Below are positions 19,651 through 29,600 of a DNA stretch of 55,325 bases, piece after piece; within the stretch, counting starts at the first letter, position 1, and each line of letters opens with the position of its first letter. The DNA is taken from the IMG/VR virus record IMGVR_UViG_3300017755_000007, positions 1-55,325 of that record. The stretch is one strand, 5' to 3'. The notes below the pieces were generated by a model, which was not told where the DNA came from, did not search any database, and saw only the letters and a program-made list of their open reading frames with translations. A program made the position numbers and the translations under genes. Source of the stretch: a virus. Lineage: Duplodnaviria > Caudoviricetes.

Positions 19651-21182
19651 TAGAACTCGATTACGATTTTGATGTCTTCTACTTGGTCGTTTGCACGACT
19701 AATTGCTCTTCTATTATCTATATAAACAACCTGACCACTATTTGGTTCAATCTCGGCTTTTGCAAATCCGTTATTAAATCTCATACCCAAGTCATATTCA
19801 GTGTTGTTAATAGTTCTAGAAGAAGAATTTGGTACTGCGGGAAAGTTTACGTCTGGTTGACCTGATGCACCAGAAGTTGCTCCACTAATTACATTGGAAC
19901 CGTCAAACTCATTTTGTGTGCCTGTAACTTCAGGGAAAATTCCATCAACAGAGTTCTGGTAATATTTTAGAACTTTTGTTATTGCATTCCAAGAAATAAC
20001 ACGACCACGAGCAGTAACGTTTGTTCCACCAACAACTCTAGTTTGAGTAATAATTTCGTCAGGAACATAGTTCCCTTGAAAAATTGGTGAAAAAATAACT
20101 GCTTTAGTTGCAGATACCGTTAGATCTGAGATGAGTTCTGCTGTTCCAAACTTAAGAGGATTTGTTACAAGACCAATACGACGATAGTCATTATCAATAG
20201 GGAAATCACCAGCACCTTCATCATATGATAGTTTAGCGTTGATCATGACACGAAAAGCGCCAATTTCAACAGCAGAATCATTACCGTGTCCATTTGGTGG
20301 AGGAATGATAACATCAACTTCTCCACTAGTTCCTGTTCCAATACCAGTGATAGCACCAATACTGATTTGACCGAATGTATATCCAGTACCACCAGAAGTA
20401 ACTGTGGCTGATGTAATCTTACCACCATCAACAACGATGGAAACACGACCGCCAGCACCATCACCATTAATGGCAACATTATCATAAGTTCCGTTGTTAT
20501 AACCAGAACCAGATGAGTTAATTACAACAGTATCAATTTCACCACCAACAGCATTTGTTTTTACCGCGTCATTGGTAAAGACGGGCATGTAATCGTTGGA
20601 GAAAAACTTAAGAACCGAAGCAACTGGAATAGTGTACATGTACTTCCAACGATATCCATCGCCAGTAGTAATAATACTGGTGGAAGTACCAGTAGGTTCA
20701 ACAGTAGAAGGTTTTCCATTAGGATCAGAAGGAGATGTTCCGTTGTAAATACACTTATATACTTGATATTGTGAATTTACAACATAAAAATCTGCATCAT
20801 ATAGTTTAGTGGCACCAGAGGAGGCAGTCTTACTAGGAGAATAGTCATGACGATACATATCGTAGGTAAAACCTAAACCACCAGTGGTTTGTTCGGGAGA
20901 TACCCAATCAATACGTCGACAAACCTGAATAGTGTCCGCAGCAAGGACTCTCTTCAGGGAAATCATATCGTCATATGAATTAGAAAACTCCGAGAAGGAG
21001 TCAACTGCTTGAGGGGGAGAATTTTCATTATCCCAAGACTGAGGTCTTCCAATGAAAACATAAAGTCTATCACGATTAGATCCTGCTAAAGAATCAGATT
21101 CAGTCGCATTGGGACCTTCAAGTGCCTTGATGAATTTTCTCGCAGAGAAAATTCTAAATTGATCAGTTAGTAGGGCTGCCAT
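19650..21182 (-). CDS. g8: Baseplate wedge protein (T4 gp8-like), 510 aa
   Basis: LYVFIGRPQ.W, VYKC..N, DGYRWKYMY, YRRIGL..NP and SG...YIDNR..I.R..DQ.EDIKIVIEF motifs. Confidence 0.92.
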   Translation of the reverse strand: MAALLTDQFRIFSARKFIKALEGPNATESDSLAGSNRDRLYVFIGRPQSWDNENSPPQAVDSFSEFSNSYDDMISLKRVLAADTIQVCRRIDWVSPEQTTGGLGFTYDMYRHDYSPSKTASSGATKLYDADFYVVNSQYQVYKCIYNGTSPSDPNGKPSTVEPTGTSTSIITTGDGYRWKYMYTIPVASVLKFFSNDYMPVFTNDAVKTNAVGGEIDTVVINSSGSGYNNGTYDNVAINGDGAGGRVSIVVDGGKITSATVTSGGTGYTFGQISIGAITGIGTGTSGEVDVIIPPPNGHGNDSAVEIGAFRVMINAKLSYDEGAGDFPIDNDYRRIGLVTNPLKFGTAELISDLTVSATKAVIFSPIFQGNYVPDEIITQTRVVGGTNVTARGRVISWNAITKVLKYYQNSVDGIFPEVTGTQNEFDGSNVISGATSGASGQPDVNFPAVPNSSSRTINNTEYDLGMRFNNGFAKAEIEPNSGQVVYIDNRRAISRANDQVEDIKIVIEF

Positions 21183-21211
21183 TTCCTAGGGGTACTATTA
21201 TCCTTCTTGTT

Positions 21212-21218
21212 TATTTAT
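21212..21218 (-). promoter_or_regulatory. T4-type late promoter core (ATAAATA)
   Basis: cATAAATAa in the 41-nt gap upstream of g8. Confidence 0.75.
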
Positions 21219-21223
21219 GAAGG

Positions 21224-24200
21224 TTACGAACGAGCATTAGATATGTATTCAATGCTCTTAATTCTATAAGATGCTCCACTATTACCAAGGATCTTTTCAC
21301 CACCCATAATTGCATATCCACTAGCACCTGAACCTGTGGTATCTCCGCCAGCATTTGTGAATGTAATTGTTGGGTGTAAGTTATATGTTCCATCAATAGT
21401 TTGTGGAATACCATAACCACCATTAGTTAATGTAATGCTAGATACTTGGTCTCCTGCAGTAGTCATAACTACAGTTCCAACCGCTTGTATATCTCCAGTA
21501 TTCTCGACGGCGATTGTTGGTGGTGCTGTATAGTTTGTTCCAGGATTTTGAATATACACATCAACGATAGTGCTTTTCTCTGAGAATTGATATAAGTAAC
21601 CTGCCTCACCTACAGAAACATTCCCAGTATTAAATGGAATGATAGATTGAACTTGGAGAATATTTGTGTTTGGATTCCAAGAAACAACAGTTCCTTTAAT
21701 ACCAGAGACTTCTCCAGTTACAACTTCATTGACGCTATAGTTTTGTCCATTACCAAATGAAGGGTCTACAGTAATGTTGACTAGAGCAGTATGATCGGTT
21801 CCTTCATTAAGACCACCTGCTGTAGAGATAGCAGCATATCTAAATGGTACATTTGCATCCTTAATAGCATCTCCAACTTGGAATAGTGTTGTATTTGTAC
21901 CACCTTGTGTTTCCTCAATGCCATAAAGTGAATTATAAATTCCACCATCTAGATTGATTTGATTAGCATATTCTGTTGCTGTATTTACCAAATCTGGAAT
22001 GCCATCCCCAGCGCCAGACTGTTCATCATCATCTTCAAATATCTTATCCGTTAGAGTTGTAATTGGTGTGGTCAATAAAGTAATTGTAGATCCTAATTCA
22101 ACTAAAAGCACATGAGGTTCTTGCCCAAACGCGGTACTATTTGAAACTCCTGCATCAAATTGAACTGTTGCATCCTCTGTAGAAGGAATACCACCATCAA
22201 TGAATGCAAGTTCATCAATTTCAAAAACAAGTAATAATTCTCTAGTAGACGAATTCCAATCATATACTTTAGCAATTTTATTTGATGCGCTCTCAACTCT
22301 ACGAATAAGTCTATCACCAACATTAAATTTATAAGTTGAAACACCAAACTGATCATTTTGAGCATCATCTAATATTACTCTTTGGTCATAATTAAAATTA
22401 ACTCCACGAGTAAGACCCGAAAACTTTTCATCAGTTTTTGAAGTATATGCAATAGTCTCATAATCAAGAATGAATTCTCCAGATCCTGGAAAAGCAGTAG
22501 TTGATTTTACATAAATTTCAGAGTCATCTGGAAGAACATCTTTTGACAATCCAGTCAAGAAAATGGTTGAACTATTATTGGATTGACGAGCTCGTGTTCT
22601 ACGTTTTAGATTAACTAGTCGAGTAAAGATAACATTAGGTGAAGATGTATATCCATCACCCTGATCGGTGACAGTGATACCTGTTATTTCACCTTGGTTA
22701 ATTGTGGCAAATGCTTTTGCTCCAATACCACCACCACCAGTCAAGAGAACGAATGGAGGTTCTTGATAGAACTCACCAGGATCTGCAATACTAATTGTTG
22801 TTACTTTACCAGTGATGTCAATCTTGGCAGCACCTTTAGCATCCTGTCCACCACCACCTTCAAAAATTACTGTAGGTGCTGTAGAATAACTTCTTCCAGG
22901 ATTTAAGAGTGTGAGACCAGTTACTGTTTGTACTGTAGGTGTTCCTGTTGCACCAGATCCTTCACCACCCAATATCTTTGCCTTTGCCGATCCAAAGTAG
23001 TTATCACCGTTTCTTGACATCTTGATGTAGGAAACGCCACCAGTATCATCTAAAACAACTTCTCCTGCTGCTCCATCAGGGAATGTGTTTGGGAGCGAAG
23101 GAACAACATCACCTTCAAATATCGGAGTTCCGTAATACTTAGGACCGATAGCATATGGATATACAGGATTTCCACTACCATCTTCAGTCATAAAGTATGC
23201 ATATGTTCCATTTGGATACTCTGGTGTTACAGCAAACTTACCATTAAATGCATCCAGTGTCCCAACACCAGAATCGTAAATATAATCCTGAACAAGATCT
23301 CCTAATACATAACCAGATTGAACAGTTCTAAGACCTAATCCCGAATTACTATATCCGAAAACATAAAGTGTAGGTGGTGCTGTAACAGGAACAGTAATTC
23401 TAGTTTCTCTTGTAGTTGCACCATTAAAAGCACTGACATATTCTGCAAATGTAGAAACTGCAGATCCATCAATATAATATTCGACGCCCAATGTATACAA
23501 GAATGAAGTCTGTCCAATTGCTGGTGGATCACCAACACTGTGCCAACCATCCTCAGTTTCACTAATTAATAAAAATTCTGCATCATTGGAAGAATCATTT
23601 TGATTAAAAATATGTGTTTTACCCCTTTCAAGGGACAAGAAATTTGGTCTAGACCCATCAAATAAAAATTCACCATTAGAAACTGTTATTGCATAAGTAA
23701 CTGATGAAACAGTATTTACTTGAGGTCTAGTACCAGGAAGTTCAGCATTCGTCCTTAAACGAAAAGAAGATACTTCTCTTGCAGCATTACCGCTTGAATT
23801 GTATCCATAAGGTCCATAGATAGGATAACCATCATAAGACATGCCAAGAATTTTAGAATGCCCATCAAGATGACGACTATAATCTAAAGTTGCTCCCGTT
23901 CCGAAATAATTTTCAACATAATAATTATTGATTATAGGTTCAGCACTGGTATCAGTATCGATAGTAATATAACCTTCATCACCATCATAACCAGACATAT
24001 TGGCATGATGTTTACAGAAATAATAAATTCTATTAGTTTCATCAGAATTCATTATAAAGAGTGGAGCATACTCATTTTCATAGTCTACAGATGGTGCTGC
24101 AGATGCTCCTGTACTCTGATAATATAGAACTCCAGGTGAATCATTATGAATTCCGTCAGAAGTTATACTGAACTGTATTGGATGTCCTACACCTTGAATA

Positions 24201-25369
24201 TTAGATGAATCTGATTGATTAAATTTAATTAAAGAATTTTGCTTTACTTTAATATTATCGGGTGCCAAATAATACTGACCAGGAGAAAATGGACCAAACT
24301 TTTCAGCATCAACTCCAAAATCAATATAATAAACATTCAGAGAAATTGGTGGTGAAGTAATTGTGAATGTAAATCCATTAGAACCTAAACATCTATCATT
24401 TTCAGCAAAAACTTCTGCAGTGGAAACTGATCTGAGATAAATTCTAGTAATATTATTTAAATCATCTCTAGCAATTTTTGCAACCTCCCCTCTTGCACCA
24501 CCACCAATTTCATCAACTATTCTACCAATACTAATATTTCCTAATGTTTCATCAACATTAGAAACATCTAGCATAATATTTCCATATTCAACCTTAATAT
24601 TCCAAGTGTATTGTTTTAGTTTACCCCACTCAAATACACCATTTGCTGTAGAAAATTCATCAATGACTTTACTAGATTGATAATATCTTACATTTCCCTC
24701 AGTTACTGTATCATAAACAGTATTAGATTTTATATAGTCATACTTTACAGAATCAATAGCAAAATTAGTCGGTGCATTGCCTGCAGTACCCCATTCAGGA
24801 GTATGGAGTAAACCACCATTTGCAAGAATTCCTAAAACTTTATCCGTCTGTTCCGCTCGGATTCCTGCATCAGGAGCATCTTTACCACCACGGTAAATAA
24901 ATGTCTGATCAAAATTTCTATCTACTAATGGTCCTCCAGATGGAATTGATTCCGTTTGAGTCCAGGTTGGTTTAGGATCATTATCAGAGAAAATACGAAG
25001 TCTATCTGTATCAACAGCAAATGTTCCAATAGTAGGTGAGTTTGGATTAGATTGCCAAATTTTATTTATATTAAAAGATGAAATTACGTTTGGTGTTTCT
25101 TGCTCAGGGAAAAATCTCAATCTTAGAGGATCATACCCTCTTCCCCTTTCTAAAACTCTAACATGCGTAATTCTACCAGATGCACTATCAATAATAGGAT
25201 ACAAAAGTGCTTCTTGGTCTGGAGTTCCACAACCAGTTACAGTTAAACGAGGGGGATCTGATTGTGAATAACCAGATCCACCATCTACTACTCTTATCGC
25301 ACGAACACCGAAAATCTCATCAAAGATTGGTTCGATGGCAGCACCTGATCCAGGAACAGTTCTTGTCAT
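21224..25369 (-). CDS. Virion structural protein, 1381 aa, with a split YHYH-like domain, cupredoxin-like domains and Gly-rich beta modules
   Basis: HSKILG.SYDGYPIYGPYGY and LD.FNG.F.VTPEYPNGTYAYF..YPY motifs; HP...YYFCKHHANM. Confidence 0.8.
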   Translation of the reverse strand: MTRTVPGSGAAIEPIFDEIFGVRAIRVVDGGSGYSQSDPPRLTVTGCGTPDQEALLYPIIDSASGRITHVRVLERGRGYDPLRLRFFPEQETPNVISSFNINKIWQSNPNSPTIGTFAVDTDRLRIFSDNDPKPTWTQTESIPSGGPLVDRNFDQTFIYRGGKDAPDAGIRAEQTDKVLGILANGGLLHTPEWGTAGNAPTNFAIDSVKYDYIKSNTVYDTVTEGNVRYYQSSKVIDEFSTANGVFEWGKLKQYTWNIKVEYGNIMLDVSNVDETLGNISIGRIVDEIGGGARGEVAKIARDDLNNITRIYLRSVSTAEVFAENDRCLGSNGFTFTITSPPISLNVYYIDFGVDAEKFGPFSPGQYYLAPDNIKVKQNSLIKFNQSDSSNIQGVGHPIQFSITSDGIHNDSPGVLYYQSTGASAAPSVDYENEYAPLFIMNSDETNRIYYFCKHHANMSGYDGDEGYITIDTDTSAEPIINNYYVENYFGTGATLDYSRHLDGHSKILGMSYDGYPIYGPYGYNSSGNAAREVSSFRLRTNAELPGTRPQVNTVSSVTYAITVSNGEFLFDGSRPNFLSLERGKTHIFNQNDSSNDAEFLLISETEDGWHSVGDPPAIGQTSFLYTLGVEYYIDGSAVSTFAEYVSAFNGATTRETRITVPVTAPPTLYVFGYSNSGLGLRTVQSGYVLGDLVQDYIYDSGVGTLDAFNGKFAVTPEYPNGTYAYFMTEDGSGNPVYPYAIGPKYYGTPIFEGDVVPSLPNTFPDGAAGEVVLDDTGGVSYIKMSRNGDNYFGSAKAKILGGEGSGATGTPTVQTVTGLTLLNPGRSYSTAPTVIFEGGGGQDAKGAAKIDITGKVTTISIADPGEFYQEPPFVLLTGGGGIGAKAFATINQGEITGITVTDQGDGYTSSPNVIFTRLVNLKRRTRARQSNNSSTIFLTGLSKDVLPDDSEIYVKSTTAFPGSGEFILDYETIAYTSKTDEKFSGLTRGVNFNYDQRVILDDAQNDQFGVSTYKFNVGDRLIRRVESASNKIAKVYDWNSSTRELLLVFEIDELAFIDGGIPSTEDATVQFDAGVSNSTAFGQEPHVLLVELGSTITLLTTPITTLTDKIFEDDDEQSGAGDGIPDLVNTATEYANQINLDGGIYNSLYGIEETQGGTNTTLFQVGDAIKDANVPFRYAAISTAGGLNEGTDHTALVNITVDPSFGNGQNYSVNEVVTGEVSGIKGTVVSWNPNTNILQVQSIIPFNTGNVSVGEAGYLYQFSEKSTIVDVYIQNPGTNYTAPPTIAVENTGDIQAVGTVVMTTAGDQVSSITLTNGGYGIPQTIDGTYNLHPTITFTNAGGDTTGSGASGYAIMGGEKILGNSGASYRIKSIEYISNARS

Positions 25370-25374
25370 TTATA

Positions 25375-26595
25375 TCAAACGATAACGTTAATAGTGCCAT
25401 TCATCTGTGCATGAATGGTGCATTGATAATAAAGAGTGTTTGGAGCATCCATTGGGATTGTAAAGTACAATACCGAAGTTCCACTACCAGTTTGACCTGT
25501 AGTATATGGAGTTCCTGTTAATCCCTGAGTGCTTTGAACTCTAAATGGGTGTTGTCCCCCATTTGTACTATTGTCAAAGGCATATGTCATTCCTCTCATC
25601 ACATAGAGAGTGGGATCACTTGTGACTCCAGAAAATCCAGGACCATTAAATGTAAAGTTATTAGCACCATCAGCACCCAGTTCCCACCAAGTAAGTGGAC
25701 TACGAGTCACAACCCAATCAGTTCCATTCCAATATAAAGAATCGCCTTGAGTGATACCAGTAACATCAGTATCAGTTAATGCAGCAAGAGTTGTAGTAAG
25801 AGTACCATTGAAACTTACTGTTAGTGTATCACCAGTAACTTGTGTGGCAATATTAGTACCACCAGTAATTGTTAATGTATCGGAAGAAGTATTAGCAGTT
25901 GTACTTCCAGTATCCCCCGCAATGGTAGCAAAGATATTCTGTTCTCCTGCACCAGCTACATCATCAGCAGGAACAAAATTAGTTCCATTCCACTTCAGTA
26001 CTTGGTTAGTTGTAGGAGCAACAGTTGTAACATCAACATCAGACAGAGCATCAATCCCAGAATACTCAGTAAGAAGTTTTGCTCTAGTATCACCAACACC
26101 ACCAGAAGTGATGTTCATGTTCACATATGGATTATCATCACCATCAACTGTAAAGAAATAACCAGGTGTAGATGCTGCAGTAGGGGCATTACCTAATGTA
26201 GTATATTCATTTTTATAGGAAATTGTCGATCCTACACTAACACCACCAGTAGCACCATCAAAAATAGTAGTTAAACTTCCAGTGGTAATTCTAACGTCAC
26301 CTGTTCCGTTTGGAGCAAGAGTAATATCACCATCAGATGATGAAATGATAGAATTACCAGAAACGTCTAATGCAGATGTTAATGCATTGAAATTACCAGG
26401 AGAAAATGATGACCCATCATATTTTAAAACTTGACCCACTGCGGGATTTAATACAGAGATGCCCAAAGCAGACCCATTACCAATGGCGGTATATAGTTCA
26501 TTAAAATTATCATTAATTTTGTCACCGCCACTCCTTAGAGTATCACCTGTATTGTCATTGGCAACTGTGCCAATGTTTAGGGATTGTTTAGCCAT
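25375..26595 (-). CDS. Baseplate protein with gp9/gp10-type N-terminus and C-terminal cupredoxin-like domain, 406 aa
   Basis: KQ.LNIG..A.D.TGD.LR.GG.KIN.NF.ELY is the T4 gp9/gp10 N-terminal motif; C-terminal YYQCTIHAQMNG. Confidence 0.82.
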   Translation of the reverse strand: MAKQSLNIGTVANDNTGDTLRSGGDKINDNFNELYTAIGNGSALGISVLNPAVGQVLKYDGSSFSPGNFNALTSALDVSGNSIISSSDGDITLAPNGTGDVRITTGSLTTIFDGATGGVSVGSTISYKNEYTTLGNAPTAASTPGYFFTVDGDDNPYVNMNITSGGVGDTRAKLLTEYSGIDALSDVDVTTVAPTTNQVLKWNGTNFVPADDVAGAGEQNIFATIAGDTGSTTANTSSDTLTITGGTNIATQVTGDTLTVSFNGTLTTTLAALTDTDVTGITQGDSLYWNGTDWVVTRSPLTWWELGADGANNFTFNGPGFSGVTSDPTLYVMRGMTYAFDNSTNGGQHPFRVQSTQGLTGTPYTTGQTGSGTSVLYFTIPMDAPNTLYYQCTIHAQMNGTINVIV

Positions 26596-26615
26596 TACTC
26601 GCTACAATTTTTAGT

Positions 26616-26622
26616 TATTTAT
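26616..26622 (-). promoter_or_regulatory. T4-type late promoter core (ATAAATA) overlapping the g7 stop codon
   Basis: cATAAATAa about 21 nt upstream of the 406-aa start. Confidence 0.65.
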
Positions 26623-29600
26623 GAGATTACTTCAGGGTCAATTACCTCTTCCCCATATAAGGAGATATCTGGTGCAGTCCAATCATCAGGAACTGTTGTT
26701 TCAACGTTCACATCTGGATTTTGATATCCAGTTCCAGTGTCTGTAACAGTAACACCAGCAACACCAATCAATGCCCTAACTTGACCTTCAAAACCAGAGA
26801 TAGAGTCAAGTCTTACTGTAGGTCTAGAAGTATATCCAGATCCACCAGCAGTGATTTGTACCTTTTCAATAAATCCTGAAGTGAGATTGGCAGTTGCTTG
26901 TGCGTTCTGACCGAATACAGATCCAAGATAATCAAATGTAATTAAAGAGTTTGAAGACTCAATAACAGCAACCTCACGATCACTAACTTCACCTTGAATA
27001 TCTATGAAGTCACCTGCTTCAACTGGAGGTACAACAACATCAGCATCAACGTCTGCCTCAGAACCAACGTATGAGAATGCAACGAAAGTAGATCCGAATC
27101 TAGGAATCTCCGAGAAGATGATTCTAGAACCAACAATCTCAAAACCAACTCCAGGTTCCTGAAGAACTCCATTGATAGAAACAATAATATTATTTTCAGG
27201 GCGGATAGTTGAAGATTGAACACCATCTGTAAGTGTAAGAGAGTAGAATATCTCATCTCTTCTCAAATTGAAGGATTGGCGTAATGAGTCAAACTCGAAT
27301 GAAATATCATCCAATTGTCTTAACTTACCAATATAGAATCCAGTAAAGGAAGATCCAATATCAGGTGGTTCGGAGAACTGAATCTTATCAGAGAACGCAG
27401 TATATGCAGCACCCGCACCAGGTGGTTGTAGAATGCCATTGATGAAGATTAGCATATGACCTGCAGGATCTGGTAGATACTGAGTGCCCTTCTCAGTGGT
27501 AAGATTGAAGGTAGTTTGAACACCGTCAAATCCACGGAAGAATCTCTTAACTCTTGCTTTCAGAATCTTTCTAGTAAGAACACTTGAACGATAACCTTGT
27601 GGACCTCTTAGACCATCTCTACCAGTAAACGTTCCAATAACATTTGTTAGGTATAATCTCTTACTAAGTCCAACATCACGAACATCTTGCACAAGACCAG
27701 ACGCTGCACCTGCAACAGTAGTTCTATTGGAAACTGTAGCAGTTCCCTGCAGAACAGTTTCACCCAATCCAAAATCACCAATAATATCTGTGATATTGAA
27801 AGAACCCTGTATTGGTGTGACATATATGTAATTATTATCAAGATCAACTTCGGTAATAGTTCCATATACGCTGGTGTCTTGTACACCACCACTAACCATT
27901 CTATAAAGTTTATTACCAACTTGGAATAGATCGAGAGTGGCATCTACAGAAACTGTTAATCTGAGATATCCGATAGAGGCAATTCTATCACCAACACTGA
28001 TATCAAGACCTGCATACTTCTTAACTTCAAGATATTCTCTAGAAGACTCGGGATAAACAACTGATGTAGTTTCAAGAGATCCTAATAAAGTCTCAGTATC
28101 AACAGTTAGAATACCACCAGTATTATTAGTAACAGCAGACTGATTAACTGTATAAGAAATGGGTTGTGCAGACTCGGTGCTAGTATATCCTTTGAATGAA
28201 ATATCTTCTTCAAAAGATCCTCTGACGTTGATAACGTGTAAGCGATTTTCAATGGCACTTACTTGTGCTGTAGTGGTATTGGTGGCACCTTCAATAATAT
28301 CAGTGATTGACCAAGTTCCAGCAGTAACAGCAACATCGAGATACTTATAGTTTTCATCTTCATAGAATCCATAAACAATACCAGTTATGCTGCCATCACC
28401 TTGCTTTTGAACCACTTCATTCATTGTGAAAGGTCCATCAGTAATATTACCATCAATTCGGAATCTCTTATATGCTTTAGCAACCTTAGCTTCATTTATA
28501 GCAATTGTTTGAATCTCTGCATAGGTATCTTTATCAAGGGAATAGAAATAATCAGATCCAATAAGTTCACCACTAATTCCGACAGGAATATCTCTAGTTC
28601 CATAAGATTTAGTTTGAATTGTAATTGAATTTGTTAAATCAACATTAGTGTAATGATTACTAGATTTTAATTGTTCTTCAATGATATCAATATTGCTTCT
28701 GATGAATCCCATGACAGATTTTCCATCATAGTTAGCACCAGCAGTAGAATCGTAGAATTTGTAGAATCCTGAAGTAGGAGATGGACTTATTAGATCATTA
28801 TCCAATGCTCTTCTAAAGAAATCCTGTAAGAGATCTAAAGTAAATTTCTTAATATTATATTCAACATTTGCATAAAATTCTTGACCAGAAACAGCAACAT
28901 ATGTTCCCAAGACTTCATTCGATAACTTAGCGCCCCAAGCAAATACACCTGGTCCACCAGTAATATCTAAAAGATAAATGGATCCTGCATTTGAATTTTG
29001 ATCATCTCCTCCTGAAGCAGCAATATAAAGATTGCCGCTAATAAGTGTTACTGCACTACCAAATAAATCTGCAACGTTGGCATCAAATGCGCTTTCAATA
29101 ATTCCGTTAGTCCCATCTAAATCATACAAGAACACCAAACCTTGAGTAGCAACTCCACCACTAGATAATTGATCGTTAGGGGCACCAACAGCAACTTTAC
29201 CATTATCAATAGTCATTGAATGACCAAACTTGATTCCTGCAGCACCACCACCATCACCACCAGCGACGGGAGTCAACTCTACTTCATTAGTACCATCTAG
29301 ATCAAACACCCATGCTCCACCTCTAGCAGCATTACCACCGACTGTCATATTGGGAGAGAAAACACCAATCTTATTATCACCAATAACTACACCATAACCA
29401 AATTGATCCCCTGTTGAAGAACCCGCATGAGTGAACTTAACTTCATTTGCACCATCAGCAGCATCATAAACATAAACAGCACCTGTGCTACTTGTTTCAC
29501 CAAGAGCACCAACAGCAACTTTACCATTTCCAGCAGCGACTGAGAATCCGAACCTATCACTAGCAGCAGCATCGGATGCTTGAATACTATATTCAAAATT

